Of a DNA stretch of 32,000 nt, positions 11,209 to 22,714 are shown piece after piece; position 1 is the first letter of the stretch; every line of letters begins with the position of its first letter. The DNA is from Vibrio vulnificus CMCP6. Its GTDB lineage: Bacteria > Pseudomonadota > Gammaproteobacteria > Enterobacterales > Vibrionaceae. The stretch is from NCBI RefSeq assembly GCF_000039765.1, contig NC_004459.3, forward strand, positions 3,226,104 to 3,258,103, written 5' to 3'. The position numbers were made by a program, and so were the translations under genes. The notes under the pieces are model-generated. The model had not been told where the DNA came from, did not search any database, and worked only from the letters and a program-made list of their open reading frames with translations.

Positions 11209-11449
11209 CTTTATCCTTTTGTAGTCTGATTGAAACTTTACTCACTAGTCCCCTTCTTGATACAAACCGTTTTGAAGAAAACCAGCTAACATGAATCATA
11301 CAAGCATCCTTTCATCATTGAAACGGAAACAATAGTTAGACATGTATCAGAATATTGCCGCTGTTCTATGCTTATTTTGGATGTTTTGTTGACGTATATA
11401 GTTGACAAATTTAGAATATCGAACGTTGTTCAATTTGTAGTACGAAAAA

Positions 11450-12040
11450 ATGGCCCGTAGAAACGATCACACCAGAGAAGAACTTATCGCCCTAACTCTT
11501 GAAACTGTTAAAGAGTTTCTGGCAGACCACTCGTATCACGAGTTAAGTTTGCGTAAGCTGGCAAATATGATCGGTTATGTTCCAAGCACCCTAGTCAATG
11601 TGTTTGGCAGTTACAACTTGTTGCTGTTGCACGCCGTCGCGCAAACCTTGGATGAGCTTTCCCAAGAAGCCATGCAAGTGGTCAAAACATCACAAGACAA
11701 AAAACAGGCGCTATTTAACCTTGCGTATTGCTACCATGACTTTGCCCAGCAACACCCTCACCGCTGGCGCTTAATTTTTGAGCACAACATGAATGGTGCA
11801 GAGTTACCAGAATGGCAAGCAAAGCGTATCGACAACATGACCGGTATGCTAGAAGCGCTATTGCAACAACTTGCGCCATCTCGCACACCGACCGAAGTGT
11901 TGCAAGCGAGCCGCGTGTTGTGGTCTGGCGTACATGGTATTACGCTACTGAGTGTGGATGACAAATTTTTCTCCAGTGAGCCAATTGATGGCAAAGAGTT
12001 GATAGACAGTCTTTTGACCAACTATCTGACCAACTGGTAA
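11450..12040 (+). CDS. TetR/AcrR family transcriptional regulator
   Basis: 196 aa; TetR HTH 'TREELIALTLETVKEFLADHSYHELSLRKLANMIGYVPSTLVNVFGSYNLLLLHAV'. Confidence 0.9.
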   Translation: MARRNDHTREELIALTLETVKEFLADHSYHELSLRKLANMIGYVPSTLVNVFGSYNLLLLHAVAQTLDELSQEAMQVVKTSQDKKQALFNLAYCYHDFAQQHPHRWRLIFEHNMNGAELPEWQAKRIDNMTGMLEALLQQLAPSRTPTEVLQASRVLWSGVHGITLLSVDDKFFSSEPIDGKELIDSLLTNYLTNW

Positions 12041-12054
12041 TACAAGGAACTTTC

Positions 12055-13929
12055 ATGGCCGCGAATAGCCAAAGCTCGCTGTTAACACAGCGTAAGTTTC
12101 TGCCGTACTTCATTACTCAATTTTTCGGTGCCTTTAACGACAACATCTTCAAAAATGTGCTGTTGCTGCTTGTCGCGTTTGCAGGTACTGGTGCCCTGTC
12201 AATCTCCAGTGATCTTTTCATCAACCTTGCCGCAGGCTTATTCATTCTGCCATTTTTCCTTTTTTCCGCGTCAGCGGGTGTGCTGGCAGATAAATACGAA
12301 AAGTCTTGGTTTATTCGCAAGGTCAAACTGTTTGAAATTGCCATTATGTTGCTCGGCGCTATCGGTTTTATTACCGAAAGCTACACCATCTTATTGCTGC
12401 TGTTGTTTTTGATGGGCACACAGTCGGCATTTTTTGGTCCAGTCAAATATGCGCTACTTCCACAGCAACTGAAACAAGAAGAGCTCGTTCCCGGTAACGC
12501 TTTGGTTGAAGCGGGGACTTTTATTGCTATTCTTGTCGGCACATTAGGCGCGGGTATTATTGCCTCACACGAGCAAGCAAAATACGTTGCCGCTTTTTGT
12601 GTCGTTATCTTTGCTGTATTCGGCTATCTCGCTAGCCGCGCGATTCCTGTCGCGCACGCATGCGCGCCAGAGCTAAAATTTCGCTGGCAGCCTTATCGTC
12701 AAACGAAACACACAATTGCCATCGCGAAATCGGACCGTGTGGTATATCAATGTATTATGGCGATCAGTTGGTTTTGGTTCCTGGGTGCTGCGTACCTCAC
12801 TCAATTTCCCAACTTCACCAAGATTTATCTCAATGGCACAGAAAGTGCGGTCTCTTTCTTGTTGGCGCTCTTTTCTGTTGGCATCGCGCTCGGTTCACTG
12901 GCGTGCAACAAACTGTCTAAAGGCCGCATTGATGTGGGTATCGTCCCAATTGGTGCTTTAGGTATTACGGTATTTGGCTACTTGATGGCCACATCGATAC
13001 CCAGCGAGCTACCTCGCTTTCATACCTTCGCACAGTTTGTGCAGTATCAGCCATTTTGGCCACTGTTTAGCTACTTACTCATGATCGGTGTTTCAGGTGG
13101 ATTGTTTATCGTCCCTCTGTATGCCCTGATGCAACATCGTGCCAAGGAAAGTGAACGTGCGCAGGTGATTGCGGGCCTCAATATTTACAACTCACTGTTT
13201 ATGGTGGGCAGTGCAGTATTGGGCATCGTCTGTCTTGCCGCGATCGGCATATCGATTCCACAATTTTTTGTGCTACTTTCGATACTCAACTTTTTAGTGG
13301 CTGCGTATCTCTTTTTGCAAGCACCCATGTTTGTCGTGCGTTTCCTCGTGTGGGTGCTTACTCACACACTCTATCGTGTGACACATAAGAATCTACACCA
13401 CTTACCGAAAGAAGGTGGTGCGCTTATTGTTTGTAATCACGTGAGTTACATGGATGCCTTACTGCTGAGTGCCGTCTGCCCTCGATTGATTCGTTTTGTC
13501 ATGGAAGAAGAATACGCAAGGCTGCCGGTTTTGCGTCGCTTCTTACGCACTGCCGGGGTAATTCCTATCTCCGCCAGCAACAGAACCTCTATCCGCCGTG
13601 CATTTAACGATGTTGAACAAGCTTTGAGTGAAGGGCATATTGTCTGTATTTTCCCTGAGGGCAGATTAACGGAAAATGGCGACATAAATCCATTTATGCG
13701 CGGAATTGACATCATCCTTCGTCGCAGCCCGGTGCCCGTTATCCCAATGGCGCTAAAAGGCTTGTGGGGTAGTTATTTCAGCCGCCACAAAGGCCGAGCC
13801 TGTAAAGGACTCCCTAGCCGTTTCTGGTCTCGACTAGAAATTGAAGCAGGGTTGCCTGTCGAGCCTAAAGACGCCTCTGCGGAAGTCATGCAGCAAAAAG
13901 TGGCAGAGTTACGAGGCGATTGGCGCTAA
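12055..13929 (+). CDS. MFS transporter / 1-acyl-sn-glycerol-3-phosphate acyltransferase fusion (LplT-PlsC-like)
   Basis: 624 aa; about 400 aa of MFS/LplT-like segments, then PlsC motifs 'CNHVSYMDALLL' and 'IFPEGRLTENGDI'. Confidence 0.9.
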   Translation: MAANSQSSLLTQRKFLPYFITQFFGAFNDNIFKNVLLLLVAFAGTGALSISSDLFINLAAGLFILPFFLFSASAGVLADKYEKSWFIRKVKLFEIAIMLLGAIGFITESYTILLLLLFLMGTQSAFFGPVKYALLPQQLKQEELVPGNALVEAGTFIAILVGTLGAGIIASHEQAKYVAAFCVVIFAVFGYLASRAIPVAHACAPELKFRWQPYRQTKHTIAIAKSDRVVYQCIMAISWFWFLGAAYLTQFPNFTKIYLNGTESAVSFLLALFSVGIALGSLACNKLSKGRIDVGIVPIGALGITVFGYLMATSIPSELPRFHTFAQFVQYQPFWPLFSYLLMIGVSGGLFIVPLYALMQHRAKESERAQVIAGLNIYNSLFMVGSAVLGIVCLAAIGISIPQFFVLLSILNFLVAAYLFLQAPMFVVRFLVWVLTHTLYRVTHKNLHHLPKEGGALIVCNHVSYMDALLLSAVCPRLIRFVMEEEYARLPVLRRFLRTAGVIPISASNRTSIRRAFNDVEQALSEGHIVCIFPEGRLTENGDINPFMRGIDIILRRSPVPVIPMALKGLWGSYFSRHKGRACKGLPSRFWSRLEIEAGLPVEPKDASAEVMQQKVAELRGDWR

Positions 13930-13952
13930 GCGTTCAGATTATCTGAACGCTT
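13928..13952. terminator. Perfect inverted repeat after the MFS-PlsC gene, possible terminator
   Basis: aagcgttcaga-tta-tctgaacgctt; 11-bp perfect stem but a weak T tract. Confidence 0.5.
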
Positions 13953-14027
13953 GTTCAAATCATTAAGACTTTCTGATCTCATCGACTCAGCTATACTCGC
14001 GCTTTCACTTAATAAAACGCAATCACT

Positions 14028-14963
14028 TTGAATCGTAAGCATCTTCCTTTTATTTTCGCTTTACTGCTCTGCCTGAGTCCTTGGGTCTCTTCCCCCACAG
14101 CATTGGTTTTGGGTTTTCTGCTCGCAAGCACGGGGTTGGTGCCATCCCAACTGCCCATTTCGACTTACACTAAAAAGCTCTTGTCTTACTCCATTATTGG
14201 TTTGGGGTTTGGTATCCAATTTCAACAAGCCATTGCCGTAACCTCTGATGGTATCGGCCTGATTGTGGTCACCATCGCTGGTACCCTGCTACTCGGCTTT
14301 TTAGTGGCCAAAGTGATTAAGCTTGAAACCACAACCGCCTACCTTATCTCAGCAGGTACTGCGATTTGTGGGGGAAGTGCGATTGCGGCAGTCGCTCCGG
14401 CGATCAAAGCCAAAGATCAGCAGATTGCCCTCGCATTGGCGACGGTCTTCGTTCTTAATTCCCTGGCATTGTTTATTTTTCCGGTGATTGGACATGCGTT
14501 AGCGTTGGATCAACAAACTTTTGGGACCTGGGCAGCGATCGCCATTCACGACACCTCCTCCGTCGTCGGAGCTGCATCTGCGTATGGTGAGCAAGCACTT
14601 ACCACCGCGACGACATTAAAACTTGCCCGTGCATTATGGATTATTCCCGTTGCCCTACTCAGTGCAATTCTCTTTGCTCGCGGAAATGGTGAGGAAGGTA
14701 AGCGCAAGTTAGTGCTTCCATACTTCATTTTTTGGTATTGCGCTGCCATCGCCTTTAGCGATCTCTTCCCTCAATTTGAGAGCGTCTATCAGGGTATTTT
14801 CTCGGTAGCGAAACAGGCACTGGTGGTGTGTTTATTTTTGATTGGTTGCAGTATTTCTGTTGAGAAGCTGAAAAGTGCGGGTGCAAAACCTCTGATCTTT
14901 GGCTTAAGCCTATGGGTGGTCATCTCCACCACGTCGCTCAGTTGGTTGTTACTCACACGTTAA
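14028..14963 (+). CDS. YeiH-family putative sulfate exporter / membrane protein
   Basis: 311 aa; multiple TM segments, '[49 protein letters not shown]' characteristic of the YeiH (UPF0324) family. Confidence 0.9.
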   Translation: MNRKHLPFIFALLLCLSPWVSSPTALVLGFLLASTGLVPSQLPISTYTKKLLSYSIIGLGFGIQFQQAIAVTSDGIGLIVVTIAGTLLLGFLVAKVIKLETTTAYLISAGTAICGGSAIAAVAPAIKAKDQQIALALATVFVLNSLALFIFPVIGHALALDQQTFGTWAAIAIHDTSSVVGAASAYGEQALTTATTLKLARALWIIPVALLSAILFARGNGEEGKRKLVLPYFIFWYCAAIAFSDLFPQFESVYQGIFSVAKQALVVCLFLIGCSISVEKLKSAGAKPLIFGLSLWVVISTTSLSWLLLTR

Positions 14964-14973
14964 ACTGACTCAA

Positions 14974-15156
14974 TTAAGCTGAGTGATGGGAATGAGGCAA
15001 AGTGGTGGTTGCTTGGCGTCGATAGTCAAAAACGATGGCGACAACAATCAAAAAGGCCGTCAATTCGGCCAAAGAGCGATAGAGGCCATCACTCAGCAAA
15101 GCAATACCGAGCTGCAAAACTGCCGTTGCTATTAAGATCCCTCTTACCATCTTCAA
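14974..15156 (-). CDS. Small hypothetical membrane protein
   Basis: 60 aa ORF with two predicted hydrophobic helices; occupies the gap between convergent genes. Confidence 0.5.
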   Translation of the reverse strand: MKMVRGILIATAVLQLGIALLSDGLYRSLAELTAFLIVVAIVFDYRRQATTTLPHSHHSA

Positions 15157-15246
15157 CCTTATGCCTTTTCTTTGTCATATGATGCGCAATTATTGTTGAG
15201 GGTTATAAGGTTGAGAAATTCTCTTTTTGACTAATTCATGTCGAAA

Positions 15247-16677
15247 TCAACTAAGTTGATTTTCCAGCCATACTTTAACGGCTTGCCGCGAGACTTTAAT
15301 CCCTTCCTTCAGTAACGCCTCAGGCATTAAGTAATAGGCGACTGGCCACTTAAACTTTTGCAGTTTCTCTTTTAAGTGTTGCTCATACTGCGCTCTGTTT
15401 GCTAGCGATGGCGATTGGATGACAGCAACGGGTCGATAGCCAAATTCTGCATCGGGCATGGGAACCACAATACTCTGTTCCACGCCTTCAATCTCGTTTA
15501 GCACCGCTTCAATCTCTTCGCAGTGGATGTTTTCCCCGCCAGAGATAAACTGATTGTCCGCACGGCCGATGATCTTAAGTTCCTCACCTTGCCAGACGCC
15601 TAAATCTTTACTGTCAAACCACCCATGCTCATCCACCAGCGTCGTTAGGCTACCCTGAAAGAAATAGCCTTCTGCCAAGGTTTCACCACCGATATAAATG
15701 CGCTGACCAATCAGTTGCAGTGCTCGATTTTTCAATAGATGCCCTGCGTTGCTCACGCTGTCGATCTGCTTGGCGGTCACGGTTGAAGCGGCCTCTGTCA
15801 TGCCATAGCCTAGCCAGGTCTCTATTCCTTTACGCTGCGCCGCTCGGGCCAAGGCATGCTCCACATGACTCCCCCCCAGCAAAACATGGCTCAGTTGCAA
15901 AGGCGTGTTGTCATCAAGCAGGCGCTTCAACTGAGTCGCGACGAGAGACGCGTGTGTCACCCCTTGAATGTCCTCAGACAAAGCGCCATGCCCCACTTTC
16001 AAACATGCGCCGGCCAACAACCAGCGATAAACAATAGCCATGCCAGAAACATGATACAGCGGCAGGGAGAGCAACCACGTATCCTGCTGAGTAAAACAGA
16101 ACTCTTCTAACAATCCTTGTGCTGACGCGAAATGCTGCCGATGAGTATGAGCCACCGCTTTGGGATTGCCCGTGGAACCAGAGGTAAAAATGATGGTAGC
16201 AAGTTGATCGGCGCGATAATCGCAAACGTGGTTGCTAGGCATCGAGTTAAGATGATCCGAGGCGAGTGAGATTTCTAGCAGTACATTACGACGATCGTGA
16301 GAGCAAGCCGAGCGGGTCTGCACATCAACGTTAGGATCAAGCCAAATAAAGCGCGTTTGCTGCTCACGGTAAAGCGTATCAAGCTTTGCTGAGAACATTG
16401 CAATTGATTGCGGCATGATGATCGCCACCACAGCCCCCAGTTGATGCGCAGCGAGCAAGATAAGCACCATATCAACATGGTTTTTACCCAGCAGAGTGAT
16501 GACATCTCCACGAGTCACCCCTTGCGCACCAAGAACCGCCGCTAAACGTTCAATCTCGTCGTTCAGTTGTTGCCAGTTGAATTGATAACGTGATGAGTTC
16601 AGCGCCATAGAAAATGGGCTCTTCTGAGCCCAATATTTCCACAATGGTTGTTCACTGACCAATGCCGTTTCACCCAT
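15247..16677 (-). CDS. menE: o-succinylbenzoate--CoA ligase
   Basis: AMP-binding enzyme motif 'ATIIFTSGSTGNPKAVAHTH', C-terminal 'IIGRADNQFISGGENIHCEEIE...KFKWPVAYYLM'. Start revised from track (16740) to ATG at 16677 (MGETALVSEQPLWKYWAQ), which overlaps the menC stop as TAATG. Confidence 0.93.
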   Translation of the reverse strand: MGETALVSEQPLWKYWAQKSPFSMALNSSRYQFNWQQLNDEIERLAAVLGAQGVTRGDVITLLGKNHVDMVLILLAAHQLGAVVAIIMPQSIAMFSAKLDTLYREQQTRFIWLDPNVDVQTRSACSHDRRNVLLEISLASDHLNSMPSNHVCDYRADQLATIIFTSGSTGNPKAVAHTHRQHFASAQGLLEEFCFTQQDTWLLSLPLYHVSGMAIVYRWLLAGACLKVGHGALSEDIQGVTHASLVATQLKRLLDDNTPLQLSHVLLGGSHVEHALARAAQRKGIETWLGYGMTEAASTVTAKQIDSVSNAGHLLKNRALQLIGQRIYIGGETLAEGYFFQGSLTTLVDEHGWFDSKDLGVWQGEELKIIGRADNQFISGGENIHCEEIEAVLNEIEGVEQSIVVPMPDAEFGYRPVAVIQSPSLANRAQYEQHLKEKLQKFKWPVAYYLMPEALLKEGIKVSRQAVKVWLENQLS

Positions 16678-17666
16678 TATGAATGCCACACCAATTGCTG
16701 TTCTTCTAACGAGGCGATCGGCAGCGAGCATTTCGGCCATCCCACCATTAACTGCGATTGAAACAAACTTATGGTGTCCAAGCCCGGCGTCACGTCAGGC
16801 AACTGCCATTTGGCAAAACGCGCTAACTGGGTAAGCCCTAAACTTGATTCGATACTTGAACTGATGACCGCTTTGATGCCCAAAGAGTGCGCTTTTTTTA
16901 TCAGCGCAATACAACGAGGCAATGAACCGATCAACGTTGGTTTGATGACGATCGCTTTCACGCCCGTGAGATCGTCAAGCGCAAAGTCAGGTCGGTGCAG
17001 CGCGTGTTGTAAGGTTTCATCCCATGCAATCGCAATCCCGGTGTTGATAGCAAAAGAGAGGCTATCTCCGGGCTTTTGGCAGGGCTCTTCGATAAACACG
17101 ATCCGCTGACGCAAAGAGGGGGTGATGTACTTGGCAAATTGCTGCGCTTTTTCTGGCGTCCAAGCACGATTGGCATCCAGTCGCAGTGTGAGATCTGGGA
17201 TGCTTTCCAAGAACAAGTTGACCAGCATGCCATCACGAATTGGTTCGTACAAACCCACTTTGACTTTGGCGACTTTCTCACCTTGCATCGCATTCAATAC
17301 CGGAATGAGTTCATCGGGATCGCCAGTACAAAGTGGCGCGGGCAAATAGTGCCCATCGCGAGGCAACTTCCCTTCCAACTCATACATCGCGGTGGAAAGA
17401 CCAAACGCAACGGAAGGCAGTAAGGCGTCGTAATCGATGGGATGATCGGTGTTCATCCACAACTCAAGCTGTGCTTGCGCTTCAATGCCCGCTTCTTCTA
17501 TGGTCTCTAAGCTAAATCCTGGTAATGGTGAAACTTCGCCATACCCTTTTTGACCGTTCATGTTCAGCTCAATAATGTAGCCAACACGCTCCGTCAGTTT
17601 CTCATCTCTTAGCACAACACCGCTGTCCATTGGCAAGGTGTAGCGGTACAGTTTGGCTGATTTCAT
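16677..17666 (-). CDS. menC: o-succinylbenzoate synthase
   Basis: 329 aa; enolase-superfamily pattern 'LTLRLDANRAWTPEKAQQFAKY', 'IVFIEEPCQ', 'GIAIAWDET', 'AIVIKPTLIGS'; cluster context. Confidence 0.93.
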   Translation of the reverse strand: MKSAKLYRYTLPMDSGVVLRDEKLTERVGYIIELNMNGQKGYGEVSPLPGFSLETIEEAGIEAQAQLELWMNTDHPIDYDALLPSVAFGLSTAMYELEGKLPRDGHYLPAPLCTGDPDELIPVLNAMQGEKVAKVKVGLYEPIRDGMLVNLFLESIPDLTLRLDANRAWTPEKAQQFAKYITPSLRQRIVFIEEPCQKPGDSLSFAINTGIAIAWDETLQHALHRPDFALDDLTGVKAIVIKPTLIGSLPRCIALIKKAHSLGIKAVISSSIESSLGLTQLARFAKWQLPDVTPGLDTISLFQSQLMVGWPKCSLPIASLEEQQLVWHS

Positions 17667-17805
17667 AGCTGTCCCTTAATACTTCATCGACAAATTGCTT
17701 TACTGAAAGTCAGACTCTTTATGAATGAGACCGTCAATCGCAAAGAAAAGTCCCTAAACGATGCAGATTCTGTGCCTCTGCATCGTTCTCACATTGGGAA
17801 GAAAA

Positions 17806-18672
17806 TTAAGGGTTGCGTGGAAACTTATTGAAGTCTGGACGACGTTTTTCGTTGAACGCATTGCGCCCTTCTTGCCCTTCATCCGTCATATAGAACATCA
17901 TTGTGGCGTTGCCCGCCAACTCTTGAAGACCCGCTTGACCATCGCAATCGGCGTTCAATGCTGCTTTAAGGCAACGCAATGCCATCGGGCTGTGCTGAAG
18001 TACTTCACGACACCAACGTACGGTTTCTTTCTCTAATTCTTCTACAGGGACGACCGTGTTCACTAGCCCCATATCCAACGCTTCTTGAGCGTCATAAAAA
18101 CGACATAGGAACCAAATCTCACGTGCTTTTTTCTGTCCGACAATACGTGCCATGTATGACGCACCCCAACCGCCATCAAACGAGCCCACTTTTGGTCCAG
18201 TTTGACCAAATTGCGCGTTTTCAGCCGCGATGGTTAAGTCACACATCATATGAAGAACGTGGCCGCCACCGACAGCCCAACCAGCGACTGACGCAATAAC
18301 AGGTTTTGGACAAGTACGAATATCACGTTGGAAATCAAGAACATTCAGGTGATGAACACCAGAGTCATCTTTATAGCCGCCGTAATCACCGCGGATCTTC
18401 TGGTCGCCGCCAGAGCAGAACGCGTCTTCACCGAGACCGGTCAAAATGATCACGCCCACGTTAGAGTCATAGCGAGCATCCGCCAGTGCTTGGATCATTT
18501 CTTTGACGGTTTGCGGGCGAAATGCATTACGCACTTGAGGGCGTGCAATGGTGATTTTTGCAATGCCGTCTTCCGACTTGTGGTACTGAATATCTTCATA
18601 GGGCGCACTACAGTCATTCCAATTAACTGGTGCGTAAAGTTCTGCTTCAGTGATGCCTACTGTTTTAGCCAT
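17806..18672 (-). CDS. menB: 1,4-dihydroxy-2-naphthoyl-CoA synthase
   Basis: Crotonase fold with '[19 protein letters not shown]' and 'GYAVGGG'-like '[49 protein letters not shown]'. Start placed at [15 protein letters not shown] rather than the track start at 18789. Confidence 0.95.
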   Translation of the reverse strand: MAKTVGITEAELYAPVNWNDCSAPYEDIQYHKSEDGIAKITIARPQVRNAFRPQTVKEMIQALADARYDSNVGVIILTGLGEDAFCSGGDQKIRGDYGGYKDDSGVHHLNVLDFQRDIRTCPKPVIASVAGWAVGGGHVLHMMCDLTIAAENAQFGQTGPKVGSFDGGWGASYMARIVGQKKAREIWFLCRFYDAQEALDMGLVNTVVPVEELEKETVRWCREVLQHSPMALRCLKAALNADCDGQAGLQELAGNATMMFYMTDEGQEGRNAFNEKRRPDFNKFPRNP

Positions 18673-18697
18673 GGTGGTTCCCATTGTTCTAATGTGT

Positions 18698-19489
18698 TTA
18701 TCGTTGATAAACCGAATGAATAAACGCACGGACGATGTCAGCAAAAGCGTTAGGCTGCTCTTGATGGACATTGTGGCCCGCATTGTCAACTATCGAGCAG
18801 GACAAGCCACTCTGCCTCGCTAGTTCTTGAAATTTTGTGTCTTTTTCGCCGCATACATAGTGCAAAGGCACGCTAGAGCGTTGCAACTGAGGTAAAAGAT
18901 TCGGTTGCTTCGCCAAAGAAGTGGCTAATAGCATCTCCGCGACTGACGCACCAAGATTAGCACTTCGTTTTGCTATCAAGGTTTGTTTTTGCGCATGGTT
19001 TAGTGAAGAAAATACCCCTTGCTGATACCAATCGGCTAATACCTGTTCAATGGGCTCTTCACGAAATCGCTTCGCCCAATGGCTATCACTGATCCAGCGT
19101 TGCTGCTTTTCTTGCTCACTGACTAAACCAAAATTGCCGCCTTCAATCAAAGCTCCGCGTAGATTCAGTGCGGCAAAGGCGTGCTCAACAAGCCCCTGCA
19201 TGGCAATTCGGCCTCCCATTGAATAACCAATCAGAATACATGGGCGTTGGGCCAATTGCTGCTCAATCACCATCGCCACTTGCTGTGCACTCTCCGCAGC
19301 ACTACTTGGGGCAATGCCAACACTTTGGCCGTGCCCTGCAAGGTCAATCGTTAGGGTTGGATATTCTTTGAGTGAACATTGCGTGGCACGCCAATCTTCT
19401 GCACTACCCAATAAACCGTGCAGTAACACCAACACGGGCGAACGGCTATCACCATTGCCTTGCTGATAATTAAACGAGAGAACGGACAT
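18698..19489 (-). CDS. menH: 2-succinyl-6-hydroxy-2,4-cyclohexadiene-1-carboxylate synthase
   Basis: 263 aa alpha/beta hydrolase: '[14 protein letters not shown]', nucleophile '[13 protein letters not shown]', '[11 protein letters not shown]'; overlaps menD. Confidence 0.9.
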   Translation of the reverse strand: MSVLSFNYQQGNGDSRSPVLVLLHGLLGSAEDWRATQCSLKEYPTLTIDLAGHGQSVGIAPSSAAESAQQVAMVIEQQLAQRPCILIGYSMGGRIAMQGLVEHAFAALNLRGALIEGGNFGLVSEQEKQQRWISDSHWAKRFREEPIEQVLADWYQQGVFSSLNHAQKQTLIAKRSANLGASVAEMLLATSLAKQPNLLPQLQRSSVPLHYVCGEKDTKFQELARQSGLSCSIVDNAGHNVHQEQPNAFADIVRAFIHSVYQR

Positions 19490-21164
19490 GATCAGCCAAT
19501 TGTTTTATGTGCTGTGACGCTTGGTTTGGCGGCGTGTTGACTTCAACCAATAAAGCGCCACAGCCGTGTGCAAAATGGCCAACAATTCGTTCTGTTAGCT
19601 CCGTCATCGATGTGGGGCACACGTAATCGAGGCCAAATTGTTTGGCGGCGAATTCGAAACGGTAGCCATGAGGCATTTGGTATAACGCTTGTTTTTGCTG
19701 CGGTGGTACCGGTAATAAATCAAAAATCGCGCCGCCGTCGTTGTTGGTCACCACGATCACCACCGGAGTCTCTTGATGGCTATACAGCGCCAGCGAATTC
19801 AAGTCATACAACGCAGACGTGTCACCAATCATCAATAACATTGGGTTGGATCTTGCCCTTTGCACGCCACTTGCTGTGGCAAAGAGACCATCAATCCCCG
19901 AGGCGCCACGATTGGTAAATGTTTCGACACCATGCAATTGACCAACCATATCGACCATACGCACAAACAAGCTATTGCCTAAAAACAGATCGGCGCTGCC
20001 CACAAGTGAGGATAAGTGCAGAGCAATCATCATTTCACACAGGCTGCTTTGGGCGATCTCTCTGGCTTGCTTGTTCACCTCCGCACTAAAACGCGGCAAT
20101 TCATTCGCCCACGCTACAGGCTGCACTTCGCGGTTGGTCACCACGTTCAACCACGCTGCGATTGAGCAGACAAAATGCTGTTGAGGTAGGTGGCTCTGGT
20201 TGTCTCGCTCAAAATCCGGTGAAACGTACCAATAATCGCAGCCAGCTTGCACTTGCTGCTCTAACCATTGGTGTAAACGCTTCGAGACCAAACGACGGCC
20301 AAACTGGATGATCAAATCACATTGGGACAGCTGTGCACGAGCTGCAGGATTTTGCAACCAGATATCAAAACCACTCCAATCAGAAGTGGTTCCGGATTGT
20401 GGGTCACACAGCACAGGCCATCCCATTTGCGCCCCAAATTGATGGGCCTGTTTGGCTTCTTGCAGTGTTACACTGCCAATCACCACCACGCCTTTACGTT
20501 GTTCAATTTCTGCAAGAGAAGGCGGCATGGGGAGCGGCATTTGTTTGTTACTGTAGATGCCCCCCTCTGCACGCCACACATCCACCGTATCGATATAACT
20601 CTGGTAAATCGACTTTGGTGCATTTGAATAAAGCGGCTCAGGAAAGGGACAGTTGATGTGCACCGCATGGCCACTGACCGCCTGTTGATGAAGCACTTGA
20701 TCCACAGATGTCAGTAACCAGTTTAATGACGTCTGCGTGTTTGGACTGGGCAAGTTTAATGAAGCACAAACATGATTTGAGAAGATGCCTTGCTGTGCGA
20801 TCGCCTGATTGGCCCCGCATCCCACCAGCTCGATCGGTCGATCTGCGGTCAGTAATACCAGTTTCTCCCCGGTTAAGCCTGCCTCTGCCACTGCAGGCAA
20901 AAGATTGGCCACCGCAGTGCCCGATGTCACCACCACCGCCACAGGCCGCTGGCTGGCTTTGGCTAAACCAAGTGCAAGAAAACCCAATCCACGCTCATCA
21001 AAATGCGTATGCAACTTCAAACGGGTATGGGCATTCGCTTCGAGGGCGAGCGGGGTTGAACGTGAGCCAGGTGCGACACAAACATCTCGTACGCCAAAGC
21101 GGTACAATTCTTCAAACAGCGTTTCACACCAAATACGATTCAATACGGCTTGATCGTGGTTCAT
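19470..21164 (-). CDS. menD: SEPHCHC synthase (ThDP-dependent)
   Basis: 564 aa; '[18 protein letters not shown]', '[18 protein letters not shown]' pattern ('[21 protein letters not shown]'), ThDP motif '[14 protein letters not shown]...[15 protein letters not shown]'. Confidence 0.95.
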   Translation of the reverse strand: MNHDQAVLNRIWCETLFEELYRFGVRDVCVAPGSRSTPLALEANAHTRLKLHTHFDERGLGFLALGLAKASQRPVAVVVTSGTAVANLLPAVAEAGLTGEKLVLLTADRPIELVGCGANQAIAQQGIFSNHVCASLNLPSPNTQTSLNWLLTSVDQVLHQQAVSGHAVHINCPFPEPLYSNAPKSIYQSYIDTVDVWRAEGGIYSNKQMPLPMPPSLAEIEQRKGVVVIGSVTLQEAKQAHQFGAQMGWPVLCDPQSGTTSDWSGFDIWLQNPAARAQLSQCDLIIQFGRRLVSKRLHQWLEQQVQAGCDYWYVSPDFERDNQSHLPQQHFVCSIAAWLNVVTNREVQPVAWANELPRFSAEVNKQAREIAQSSLCEMMIALHLSSLVGSADLFLGNSLFVRMVDMVGQLHGVETFTNRGASGIDGLFATASGVQRARSNPMLLMIGDTSALYDLNSLALYSHQETPVVIVVTNNDGGAIFDLLPVPPQQKQALYQMPHGYRFEFAAKQFGLDYVCPTSMTELTERIVGHFAHGCGALLVEVNTPPNQASQHIKQLADHVRSLV

Positions 21165-22483
21165 GATGCCACTCCAAGCGGTGGGTGCTCAGAAATCAGT
21201 GACAATAAGGTCGACATTTTTTTATCCAGTTCACTCCATTCATGCTCTGCGATTGAGCCAGGAACAATGCCAGCTCCAGCGAACAAATGCAGTGAATCAT
21301 CCACAATCAAAGCGCTGCGTATTGCCACACAAAACTCCGCTTGTTCATGGCTAATGTAGCCAACAGAACCAGCATACCAGCCACGAGCGAAAGGTTCATT
21401 TTCAACAATAAACTGCATGGACTCTTGACGAGGCAATCCTGCAACCGCCGCGGTTGGTTGTAAAGCCGAGAGCAGTTGTACTCCATTGACTCCCGCCTTC
21501 AACTGCGCATGAATATTGCGCTTCAGATGCTGAACTTTACGCAGGCGCACTAAACGCGCTTCAGACTCAACCTCTACACTCGCAGCATGAGGTGTAAGGC
21601 GATCAACGATATCGTCAACCACATACTGGTTTTCATTCAGATTTTTGACATCCTGTGAAAGCCAACTGGCCAGTTCCATATCTTGCGTAGCGTTGTGGCC
21701 ACGACCAATGGTGCCCGCCAATGCTTCGGTATACAACTCTTGCCCTTGACGCAAGTAAAGTCTCTCTGGTGTTGAGCCGATGAAACTGTGTTTACTGTCG
21801 AGACTCAGCATAAAGTGAAAACTGTGGTGATTTTGCAGATAACTTGCCTTAAGCAACTGCGCCGCGCACAATGCGGAATCTAAATGCACAGTGGTTTTAC
21901 GTGCCAGAACGACCTTCTTAAACGCCTTAGCTTGTATGCCTTTCAGCACTTTACTCACCAAGTCACACCACCCCTCGCGCTCAGGTAAGTGTTCCACGCT
22001 CTGGATGTGTGCGGTGAGAGGTGCTAACGGTTTCGCCTCAGTCGTGAGTTTGCTCAACGTGTGCAGAATTCGGCTCTTATCACCATTTAGATTGACCGCC
22101 AACGACCACTTGTCGTCCAAACGGATCAGTTCAATCTGAGGTAAAAAGAAAAAAGAAGGCATACAACGGCGATTTTTCTCGCTGCTGCCATCGAATGATC
22201 GTCCTCCCCAAACACGTTGTCCGGGAGACAGTATGGTATAGGCCGGGCCTGGATCGACAAAGGTGTGCAATTGTCCTAACGCGACCACCTCTTCACGAGT
22301 ATCTCGTGACTGCCAATAAAATTTTGGAAAAACCGGCTGGGCTTCAAGCCAGTCAATGAACGTCAATGTAGGTTTTGTTGTTAAAAGCTCGACCAGACGA
22401 GTCTCGTCATCCTTGGCATTTTTGACACGTTCAATGAGATTGGTAATGGCTTGATGAAAATGTGACAAAACAACCTCGTACAT
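21161..22483 (-). CDS. menF: Isochorismate synthase
   Basis: 440 aa; chorismate-binding motifs 'FKKVVLARKTT', 'FIGSTPERLYLRQG', 'GRGHN', 'FARGWYAGSVGYISHEQAEFCVAIRSALI'. Confidence 0.93.
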   Translation of the reverse strand: MYEVVLSHFHQAITNLIERVKNAKDDETRLVELLTTKPTLTFIDWLEAQPVFPKFYWQSRDTREEVVALGQLHTFVDPGPAYTILSPGQRVWGGRSFDGSSEKNRRCMPSFFFLPQIELIRLDDKWSLAVNLNGDKSRILHTLSKLTTEAKPLAPLTAHIQSVEHLPEREGWCDLVSKVLKGIQAKAFKKVVLARKTTVHLDSALCAAQLLKASYLQNHHSFHFMLSLDSKHSFIGSTPERLYLRQGQELYTEALAGTIGRGHNATQDMELASWLSQDVKNLNENQYVVDDIVDRLTPHAASVEVESEARLVRLRKVQHLKRNIHAQLKAGVNGVQLLSALQPTAAVAGLPRQESMQFIVENEPFARGWYAGSVGYISHEQAEFCVAIRSALIVDDSLHLFAGAGIVPGSIAEHEWSELDKKMSTLLSLISEHPPLGVAS

Positions 22484-22714
22484 TAGAGGATAAAGAATTA
22501 CTGTCGCTACTCTATTGATAGACCCTGATCAAATCAAGGTTGTGTGCGATCTTTTGCAGAATCCTGTGATAACTGACGCCTCCCAACGAAGACGAGTCCT
22601 TCATCGAGATAGCGACACTGATCAAATTTCGACTTTTCTATAGATTTTTATTCTAAAAAATGTCAGTTTAGTATCCTTTAATAAAGAATTTTACGAATTT
22701 TCAGGAATTACACA

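Noticed and set aside
16678-16740. menE N-terminal extension (MAEMLAADRLVRRTAIGVAFI)
   Set aside because: The extension overlaps menC by 64 bp; the internal ATG at 16677 forms a standard TAATG junction and begins the family-typical N-terminus.
18673-18789. menB N-terminal extension ([17 protein letters not shown]...)
   Set aside because: It overlaps menH coding sequence, and the family N-terminus starts at MAKTVG.
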